Source: Eledone cirrhosa (taxonomy: Eukaryota). From it: a DNA stretch of 64,000 nucleotides. Shown piece by piece: positions 54,970 to 64,000 of this stretch. Location of the stretch: contig OZ024742.1 of assembly GCA_964016885.1 (NCBI GenBank), positions 23,250,001 to 23,314,000 of the forward strand. The letters are read 5' to 3'. Position 1 is the stretch's first letter. Each line of letters begins with the position of its first letter. The translations under genes were made by a program, and so were the position numbers. The notes below the pieces were generated by a model. That model searched no databases, was not told the origin of the DNA, and saw only the letters and a list, made by a program, of their open reading frames with translations.

Positions 54970-55290
54970 TTTGTGCAGTTCTTCTTTTCTTTCTATATGA
55001 GTATCAGATAGACAAGCTAAGTCAATCACCTGACACTTTTTAGTTTTCTCATTGATTTCCGTGATATCTGGTCTTTATAGATCTAGCCGTTTATAGGTAA
55101 ATTCCATAAAATCTTGCATTTCATCCTACTCTAATATTTTCTCCGATTGATGTATGTACCATTTGTTTGTCTTGTAGAATCCTCACTTCTCACATAGTTA
55201 ACAGTGGATTACTTTGGCCATATTATCATGTTTACCTTCATATATTCATCTGGAGTCAGTTTCGGACAATCTGTGACACACAGGAATTCT
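54970..55290 (-). mobile_element. R4/Dong-clade RLE-domain remnant
   Basis: Reverse complement reads HDNMAKVIH..LCEK..KWYIHQSEKILE / CKILWNLPI / RPDITEINEKTKKCQVIDLAC. Confidence 0.7.
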
Positions 55291-55620
55291 TCCTATATTA
55301 CTATGATTAGCAGAAAGGGTAATGTGTCGGAGAAAAGCTTTGCGGAATTTATTCCTGCTCTTTAGGTCCTAAGTTCAAATCCCGCCGTGGTTAACTTTGC
55401 CTTTCAACCTGACGGAGTCCTTAAAATAAAGTACCAGTCACCCACTGTGGTCGATTGAATTGACTTTCTCTTCCCCCAAAATTGCTGGCCTTGTGCCTAT
55501 ATAAGAAGTCATCATTATTATTGTTATCTTTATATTTCCAACATTTATATGTTGTTTTATATTTAGACAATTTACAGCTACATCCCCTCTCTCTCTCTGC
55601 CTCTTTCTTTATATATATAT

Positions 55621-55823
55621 ATAACAAAGGAATTGTGGTAAGGAACCAGATGGACCATAACGCACCATAGTACTCAATACTTAGGGTAGTAGAGTGGGAA
55701 ATAGGAAAAAGTATGACCCCGACGGCAGAGCTCAAGCCGTTTCGACGGCTATTTCTGGACTATATCACGTCCAGAAATAAACGTCGAAACGGCTTGAGAT
55801 CTGCCCTCGTGGTCATACTTTTT

Positions 55824-55828
<5 letters not shown>
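55621..55828 (-). mobile_element. ~140 bp (TA)n-associated element with inverted duplication of its 5' 60 bp
   Basis: Same family as 2901-3034 and 63716-63911. Confidence 0.8.
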
Positions 55829-55908
<80 letters not shown>

Positions 55909-55965
55909 GTAGAACACCGGTAGCTAATATCCGTAGTGGTAGAGCACTCAGTCCATGGGCCGATT

Positions 55966-56127
55966 TAGGTATAAGTGCTAACAAAACAGTTAGTTCACCA
56001 TAACGAGAACAGTTAGTTCACCTTAGCGAATCTTCAGCTCGTAATGTGCATTACGAGCTGAAGATCCGCTAAGCTGAACCAATTGTTCTCGTTATGGTGA
56101 ACTAACTGTTTTGTTACACTTATATCT
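55966..56127. repeat. ~80 bp-arm hairpin containing hammerhead-like motifs
   Basis: Centre is cagctcgtaatg-t-gcattacgagctg. Confidence 0.8.
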
Positions 56128-56186
56128 ATATATATGAATTCTTGGCGCGATCACTTTGGAAAATTTTAGTGTCTAGATCAGAGCAA

Positions 56187-56273
56187 ACTTCCTGATGAAT
56201 CCGGGGCTCGAGTTACATAATTATTATATAATTATTGGAAATCTCAAAATGCGAACGAAACCATGGTAGAGGT
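56187..56273 (+). ncRNA. Minimal type I hammerhead with extended stem II
   Basis: acttc-CTGATGA-...-GAAA-ccatgg-TA-gaggt. Confidence 0.65.
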
Positions 56274-56641
56274 ATTTAAATGTATTCTATTTTCTCCTAG
56301 TTTATTTTACACCTAATTCTGTTTAATTGACTGTATCTGGGCGATTACGCTGTCGAAATATTCGATAAATATTCCGTTGCGGCCGACGGGAAGGGCTAGT
56401 TTCGGTTATTTGTTGGAGATTTCTTCCTAGAAGCCTCATTCTTATAGCCTGGTCTATTCGATTTTTTATATAGTTAATTATGCTAATTGGGAGAGGAAAT
56501 ATATATATTTTATCATGTGATTTTATAGACATGTTTTATGATATATAGCTCTGATTGTTTAATTTATAAAATTTTCATTGAACCACAATGTGACCCGTTG
56601 CAAAACACGTATATGTATATATATGTATATATATATGTAAA

Positions 56642-56693
<52 letters not shown>

Positions 56694-56698
<5 letters not shown>

Positions 56699-59600
56699 CA
56701 GGAAAGAAGGTTTACATGGTTTGCTATACAAAAAAGTTTTTAATCACATAGCTTACATTTGTTTCACTGAACTGTTATGTCTAGAGATCGCTATCCGCTT
56801 AATTTTGCGTTACTCGATCGCCAATACAGAATTATAACCAGTCAGACCTTCGGAGCATGCGAGAATGAAGAAAATACACAGGCAAGAAAAGAAAAGAAAA
56901 TACGGCTACTATATGGAGTAGTTATGGCATTCAATTAGAACAATAACAACAATTACAACAATGCTATCAATAAACTATTTAAGGAGACCCTGACATTACT
57001 TAGGTGGGGGTATATAATGTATCTAATGTTACGGCGTGAAAACCAGCTGTCATAAGGCAAAAAATATCGTAGTGTGTATCAATTTTAAATTATAAAGATA
57101 AGCTAGTTTTTACAGTCTTTCTCTTCATCTTCAACAGTATACATGAGTGGGACCACTGTCAAAGCTCAATAGTTGTAGAGTTAATACAGAGGTTAACGAA
57201 TTAATATACGCATATATCTACGCACACACACACACACATACACATACACACACACACACATATATATATAAATATATATACACATATATACACATGCATG
57301 TGTACATAGACACATCAATATACACTCGTACAAAAATATACATACATGCAAAGAGAAAAGTGTGCTAATTGTAATTATGGCAAAAAGAAGGTAAAGTAAC
57401 ATTGTAGTAGTGAAATGAGAAAAACTAGGATCTAGGATCAAATGATTGCAGCAGCTGAGAAGGAGTAAGATTATTGGTAGATGAGGTACTTACGGACAAT
57501 TGTGTGGTATAGACTTGTGAAGGAAATAGTATACTTAATGAATATATTTCTGTGGGTAGTAGGTATCCTAATTTAAAGCTATGTTATGTTGGTTCGATTC
57601 ACGGAGGTTTGAATCTTATGAATTTAGTGGCTATTCTATGTCTGCAGAAGATAGATATTTCTAACTTATTATTAAGTGGCCTTTTAACATTTCTAAGGAT
57701 ATACAATAGCTCAAGATCACACAGCCCGCAATAGGACATCCCTGTACTATAGGTTTTAGCAGCCGACAACTTCGACCAGTTGATAGTGTAGTTAGTGTTG
57801 CTGTCCTTCAATTCCCATATTTTTCTGGCGAGGGTGGTGGAACCCATAAGTGCACGGTTTTTCATTGAGTGCCTGTGCACATACCATCTTTTCTTAAAAG
57901 AACCCGCGGTGGATCCTATGTAATTCCAGGTGGAGTTACCCGAGATGACAGTGCACATGTACACCAGGCACGAATCGAGACATCTGTTCACCAATGGGCA
58001 CCTATCTGGGAGGTGACAGTTGCAGTTTGAGGCGCTATTTTGTGCAGCTTTTACATTCCTATTTAGTACCCTGTTATAAGTGGGTTGTGATATATGCCCA
58101 ATGGGGTTTTGCTGCTGCGCGTTTGTATGCGCTTGTGGTTGTGATGTTGTGATGAGTTTGTGTTATGTATAGGTGCAATTGATTTACTTGAGATATTTCT
58201 GTGGTTGATCTTACGTATGTGTGATTCTATGTTAGCTGCTGTTGAGAAAGAGAGTTTTATAGTAGATCTATTGAGTATTTTGTGATATATATGCGAGATA
58301 GGGAAGTGTTTATCTATTAGTTTAAAGAATGTAGAGGGCAGTCTAGTTTTTATAGAGGAGTTGAATATTGGGTTGAACCATAGGTATTTTCTTTGTCTGT
58401 TTCTTCTATTGTTTCTAGGGTTTACGTTATTAGTGTTTTGGCCGTTTACTCTAGGTGTTACATGTCTAACGCTATGTCTAGTCAAGCTATTCCTATTATT
58501 ATGTGAGCGGTTGGAGTAGAAATTACTAGGATTGTTTATGTTGTCCTTATTCACTATATACTGTAGTTTATCTTTATGACCGGCCCTACTTAATGCTGCA
58601 TTATAATAGTCAGCATGCTCGTTAAAGATTTTTAGGTTTGAGGATAAGCGGGATATTCGGAGGGATATACTACGTGCTATGGATTTAATTATGGATTTGG
58701 GGTGATTCGAGTTGTAACTAATGTAGGCAAGATTTTCATTATTTTTGTGGAAAGGTTCTATTAATCCAGTATTTAGATTTAGAGTTACATCTAGAAAATT
58801 TACCTTCTGATGGTTTAGTTCGTAGGTAATACTTAGGCCTAGTTTTTTGAAGAATATTCTAATATTTTTCCTTAGTCTTTCCATGCTCTGGTTGTTTAGG
58901 TTCCTAGCTATAAGTAACATGTCGTCCCTATAAATCCCTACTTGGAGGTTACTGAATTCCTTATGTAGGTTGTGTGCTATGAATAGCCCCACGATATCTG
59001 TAATTTGCGCAGAATCATTTGATCCCATTGTAATATCGAAGCTATGTATTCTATCCTTTCTTACCCAGTAGTTATTTTCAAATTTTACGATAGTCCTTCT
59101 AGCCGCTATTATTATTTCAATTTCATCATGAGTAAGATCAGAGTTATTTTGGGCAAATATAAGCGCCTTATCTAGGGTAGCTGGGGATATGGATGCATAA
59201 TAGTCGTCTATATCAAATTGTATGAAGTTACACGTCTCCCTATTTTGTATTTTATTGAACCATTTAATTGCCTCGTTAGTGTTGCCCCATAAATTGATTT
59301 CTAGTTTACCCTTTATTTGTGCGATTACCCTATCTAGAATGTTTTTGCTAATTTTACCTATGTCTGACTTGGATGGGCATATTAATCTAATGGTGGGATT
59401 AGTTTCAAAGTTATTTTTGTGATCTTTCAGATTAAATGTAGGGTTGCATGGGGTAAGCGGTTCGGTCCTATCTGAAATTCCGAGTTTATTAACTATCTTG
59501 AGGCCCTCCATGTTTATGCTGGTGAGTGTAGATTCATTTGTTTTTTTACATTTTTTATGTAGTTCACGCTGAATAAAGTTATTGTATGTGTTAATGTCCA

Positions 59601-60212
59601 TAGAGTATACGTTTGATGTTTTGTCTGCTTTTACTATGATACCGTTAGTGTCTTTTAGTTTTTTAAGTAATGTATTTAAGTCATTTTGCAATTTGTTTCG
59701 ATTTGTTCTTTTTTTAAATTTAGTTTCACTTATCATGTTCATAAGGTCCAGCTCGAAGGCATCGAGTGCGGGGTTGTTTGGCGGGTTTTTGCAGGATTTA
59801 AACCCGTAATTCTCCTTGGAAAATTCCCTTCCGTTGGTATTCGGTCCCTTATCGAAATGGTAAGCTTTCCATCGGACCCTGCGGATGAAATCATTAGTCC
59901 GTCGTATCGTGCCCAGTGTATAGTCCTTTTTCGTAGGTATAGGTATGTTTTTTAGTGACATACCTATACAGTGCTTCTCCAAGTTGTTGCCGTGCATTAA
60001 TGGTGTTGCTCGACCAGGTGGGAACTAAATATACGGATTAACAAATAATAGTTAAATGCAGTCCACTTAGGTGAAGTCCAGTTATGGTATTCCAGGTAGT
60101 GGATGATATTAACGCTTGGCTTGGTTTGACTCAACAAGGCGTTTTCATAGTGATGCTGCGGATATGCCGTAATTCCTATGTTGTAAACACTTGGAGTAAT
60201 AATAAATCAGGA
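56694..60212 (-). mobile_element. Naiad-type Penelope-like element, left arm, including an upstream ~185 bp pLTR segment at 60029-60212
   Basis: Reverse complement of the right arm. 60029-60212 is the reverse complement of 63460-63642. Confidence 0.92.
57599..59997 (-). CDS. Naiad RT + Cys linker + GIY-YIG endonuclease (~799 aa; 1-nt frameshift at ~58165)
   Basis: Motifs SLKNIPIP..RVRWKA, KADKT, QFDIDDYY, DITMGSNDSA, IYRDD, CNC..CPL..CL, LVY..YIG, FKKRW..H and CGLC..E..LN..CRH. Confidence 0.9.
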
Positions 60213-60252
60213 AAACATACCTATACCTACGAAAAAGGACTATACACTGGGC

Positions 60253-62565
60253 ATGATACGACGGACTAATGATTTCATCCGCAGGGTCCGATGGAAAGCT
60301 TACCATTTCGATAAGGGTCCGAATACCAACGGAAGGGAATTTTCCAAGGAGAATTACGGGTTTAAATCCTGCAAAAACCCGCCAAACAACCCCGCACTCG
60401 ATGCCTTCGAGCTGGACCTTATGAACATGATAAGTGAAACTAAATTTAAAAAAAGAACAAATCGCAACAAATTGCAAAATGACTTAAATACATTACTTAA
60501 AAAACTAAAAGACACTAACTGTATCATAGTAAAAGCAGACAAAACATCAAACGTATACTCTATGGACATTAACACATACAATAACTTTATTCAGCGTGAA
60601 CTACATAAAAAATATAAAAAAACAAATGAATCTACACTCACCAGCATAAACATGGAGGGCCTCAAGATAGTTAATAAACTCGGAATTTCAGATAGGACCG
60701 AACCGCTTACCCCGTGCAACCCTACATTTAACCTGAAAGATCACAACAATAACTTTGAAACTAATCCCACCATTAGATTAATATGCCCATCCAAGTCAGA
60801 CATAGGTAAAATTAGCAAAAACATTCTAGATAGGGTAATCGCACAAATAAAGGGTAAACTAGAAATCAATTTATGGGGCAACACTAACGAGACAATTAAA
60901 TGGTTCAATAAAATACAAAATAGGGAGACGTCTAACTTCATACAATTTGATATAGACGACTATTATGCATCCATATCCCCAGCTACCCTAGATAAGGCGC
61001 TTATATTTGCCCAAAATAACTCTGATCTTACCCATGATGAAATTGAAATAATAATAGCGGCTAGAAGGACTATCGTAAAATTTGAAAATAACTACTGGGT
61101 AAGAAAGGATAGAATAAATAGCTTCGATATTACAACGGGATCAAATGATTCTGCGCAAATTACAGATATCGTGAGGCTATTCATAGCACACAACCTACAT
61201 AAGGAATTCAGTAACCTCCAAGGAGGAATTTATAGGGACGACACGTTACTTATAGCTAGGAACCTAAACAACCAGAGCATGGAAAGACTAAGGAAAAATA
61301 TTAGAATATTCTTAAAAAAACTAGGCCTAAGTATTACCTACGAACTAAACTATCAGAAGGTAAATTTTCTAGATGTAACTCTAAATCTAAATACTGGATT
61401 AATAGAACCTTTCCACAAAAATAATGAAAATCTTGCCTACATTAGTTACAACTCGAATCACCCCAAATCCATAATTAAATCCATAGCACGTAGTATATCC
61501 CTCCGAATATCCCGTTTATCCTCAAACCTAGAAATCTTTAACGAGCATGCTGACTATTATAATGCAGCATTAAGTAGGGCCGGTCATAAAGATAAACTAC
61601 AGTATATAGTGAATAAGGACAACATAAACAATCCTAGTAATTTCTACTCCAACCGCTCACATAATAATAGGAATAGCTTGACTAGACATAGCGTTAGACA
61701 TGTAACACCTAGAGTAAACGGCCAAAACACTAATAACGTAAACCCTAGAAACAATAGAAGAAACAGACAAAGAAAATACCTATGGTTCAACCCAATATTC
61801 AACTCCTCTATAAAAACTAGACTGCCCTCTACATTCTTTAAACTAATAGATAAACACTACCCTATCTCGCATAGATATCACAAAATACTCAATAGATCTA
61901 CTATAAAACTCTCTTTCTCAACAGCAGATAACATAGAATCACACATACGCAAGATCAACCACAGAAATATCTCAAGTAAATCAATTGCACCTATACATAA
62001 GCACAAACTCATCACAACATCACAACCACAAGCGCATACAAACGCGCAGCAGCAAAACCCCATTGGGCATATATCACAACCCACTTATAACTGGGTACTA
62101 AATAGGAATGTAAAAGCTGCACAAAATAGCGCCTCAAACTGCAACTGTCACCTCCCAGATAGGTGCCCATTGGTGAACAGATGTCTCGATTCGAGCCTGG
62201 TGTACATGTGCACTGTCATCTCGGGTAACTCCAGCTGGAAGTACATAGGATCCACCGCGGGTTCTTTTAAAAAAAGATGGTATGTGCACAGGCACTCAAT
62301 GAAAAACCGTGCACTTATGGGTTCCACCACCCTCGCCAGAAAAATATGGGAATTGAAGGACAGCAACACTAACTACACTATCAACTGGTCGAAGTTGTCG
62401 GCTGCTAAAACATATAGTACAGGGATGTCCTATTGCGGGCTGTGTGATCTTGAGCTATTGTATATCCTTAGAAATGTTAAAAGGCTACTTAATAATAAGT
62501 TAGAAAGATCTATCTTCTGCAGACAAAGAATAGCCACTAAATTCATAAGATTCAAACCTCCGTGA
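60253..62565 (+). CDS. Naiad RT + GIY-YIG ORF (770 aa open frame, lacks native N-terminus)
   Basis: Same motifs as the left copy, with substitutions TMGS->TTGS and IVGLF->IVRLF in the RT. Confidence 0.88.
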   Translation: MIRRTNDFIRRVRWKAYHFDKGPNTNGREFSKENYGFKSCKNPPNNPALDAFELDLMNMISETKFKKRTNRNKLQNDLNTLLKKLKDTNCIIVKADKTSNVYSMDINTYNNFIQRELHKKYKKTNESTLTSINMEGLKIVNKLGISDRTEPLTPCNPTFNLKDHNNNFETNPTIRLICPSKSDIGKISKNILDRVIAQIKGKLEINLWGNTNETIKWFNKIQNRETSNFIQFDIDDYYASISPATLDKALIFAQNNSDLTHDEIEIIIAARRTIVKFENNYWVRKDRINSFDITTGSNDSAQITDIVRLFIAHNLHKEFSNLQGGIYRDDTLLIARNLNNQSMERLRKNIRIFLKKLGLSITYELNYQKVNFLDVTLNLNTGLIEPFHKNNENLAYISYNSNHPKSIIKSIARSISLRISRLSSNLEIFNEHADYYNAALSRAGHKDKLQYIVNKDNINNPSNFYSNRSHNNRNSLTRHSVRHVTPRVNGQNTNNVNPRNNRRNRQRKYLWFNPIFNSSIKTRLPSTFFKLIDKHYPISHRYHKILNRSTIKLSFSTADNIESHIRKINHRNISSKSIAPIHKHKLITTSQPQAHTNAQQQNPIGHISQPTYNWVLNRNVKAAQNSASNCNCHLPDRCPLVNRCLDSSLVYMCTVISGNSSWKYIGSTAGSFKKRWYVHRHSMKNRALMGSTTLARKIWELKDSNTNYTINWSKLSAAKTYSTGMSYCGLCDLELLYILRNVKRLLNNKLERSIFCRQRIATKFIRFKPP

Positions 62566-63300
62566 ATCGAACCAACATAACATAGCTTTAAATTAGGATA
62601 CCTACTACCCACAGAAATATATTCATTAAGTATACTATTTCCTTCACAAGTCTATACCACACAATTGTCTGTAAGTACCTCATCTACCAATAATCTTACT
62701 CCTTCTCAGCTGCTGCAATCATTTGATCCTAGATCCTAGTTTTTCTCATTTCACTACTACAATGTTACTTTACCTTATTTTTGCCATAATTACAATTAGC
62801 ACGCTTTTCTCTTTGCATATATGTATATGTTTGTACGAGTGTATATTGATGTGTCTATGTACACATGCATGTGTATATATGTGTATATATATTTATATAT
62901 ATATGTGTGTGTGTATGTGTATGTGTGTGTGTGTGTGTGCGTAGATATATGCGTATATTAATTCGTTAACCTCTGTATTAACTCTACAACTATTGAGCTT
63001 TGACAGTGGTCCCACTCATGTATACTGTTGAAGATGAAGAGAAAGACTGTAAAAACTAGCTTATCTTTATAATTTAAAATTGATACACACTACGATACTT
63101 TTTGCCTTATGACAGCTGGTTTTCACGCCGTAACATTAGATACATTATATACCCCCCACCTAAGTAATGTCAGGGTCTCCTTAAATAGTTTATTGATAGC
63201 ATTGTTGTAATTGTTGTTATTGTTCTAATTGAATGCCATAACTACTCCATATAGTAGCCGTATTTTCTTTTCTTTTCTTGCCTGTGTATTTTCTTCATTC

Positions 63301-63419
63301 TCGCATGCTCCGAAGATCTGACTGGTTATAATTCTGTATTGGCGATCGAGTAACGCAAAATTAAGCGGATAGCGATCTCTAAACATACCAGTTCAGTGAA
63401 ACAAATGTAAGCTATGTGA
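63301..63419 (+). ncRNA. Naiad 3' hammerhead (CCGAAGA core, long stem II); mirror copy at 56744-56862 (-)
   Basis: tcgcatgct-CCGAAGA-tctgactggt...accagttcagt-GAAA-caaatg-TA-agctatgtga. Confidence 0.65.
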
Positions 63420-63637
63420 TTAAAAACTTTTTTGTATAGCAAACCATGTAAACCTTCTTTCCTTATTTATTATTACTCCAAGTGTTTACAACATAGGAAT
63501 TACGGCATACCCGCAGCATCACTATGAAAACGCCTTGTTGAGTCAAACCAAGCCAAGCGTTAATATCATCCACTACCTGGAATACCATAACTTGACTTCA
63601 CCTAAGTGGACTGCATTTAACTATTATTTGTTAATCC

Positions 63638-63715
<78 letters not shown>

Positions 63716-63718
<3 letters not shown>

Positions 63719-63911
63719 GGAACGAGTAGGACCCCGACGGCTGAGCTCAAGCCGTATCGACGGCTAATTCTTGGTCCAGAATTAGCCGTCGAAACGGCTT
63801 GAGCTCAGCCGTCGGGGTCCTACTCGTTCCTATTACCCACTCTACTACCCTAAGTATTGAGTACTTTGGTGCGTTATGGTCCACATGGTTCCTTACCACA
63901 TTTCCTTTGTT
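63716..63911 (+). mobile_element. ~140 bp (TA)n-associated element with inverted 5' duplication
   Basis: Same family as 2901-3034 and 55621-55828. Confidence 0.8.
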
Positions 63912-64000
63912 ATATATATATATATATATATATGATATACATACCAACATACATATATATCCTAGAAATGATCGTAAAATGATGAATTTTTTAATATAAG

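Larger units (their letters stand above)
60212..63642 (+). mobile_element. Naiad-type Penelope-like element, right arm: 5'-truncated by ~14 codons, complete 3' end + (TA)n
   Basis: Near-identical to the left arm. Confidence 0.92.

Noticed and set aside
60253-62580. Selenocysteine recoding, reported for some Naiad elements
   Set aside because: There is no internal in-frame TGA at Cys positions. The terminal TGA follows the normal C-terminus, and I could not identify a SECIS element.

Overview
AT-rich, microsatellite-dense animal DNA, most likely an octopod cephalopod. This is inferred from the SINE families and (TA)n density, not proven. No intact host gene is evident, and the window is almost all mobile DNA. 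It holds three divergent L1/Tx1-clade LINEs on the minus strand: two head-to-tail inside an (AAT)n run, and one of those near-intact. It also holds a ~7 kb head-to-head pair of Naiad-type Penelope-like elements (RT + GIY-YIG), a second Naiad remnant, a CRE-like RT with a PHD finger, and R4/Dong and RTE remnants. Smaller elements include mariner, Tc1 and hAT elements, SINEs, two minisatellites and an intronless HUWE1 HECT pseudogene fragment. Two signals stand out. (1) All three Tx1 elements carry a 36-37 nt AG|GT(A/G/T)AGT...pyrimidine...CA(G/A)|C segment between ORF1 and ORF2. Removing it fuses ORF1 to ORF2 in frame in every case, so it is a candidate splice-controlled ORF1-ORF2 fusion. (2) About 11 minimal type-I hammerhead ribozyme motifs sit in (TA)n-inserted, 5'-inverted (palindromic) Penelope-type elements. 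All assignments were made by eye, and boundaries are approximate.
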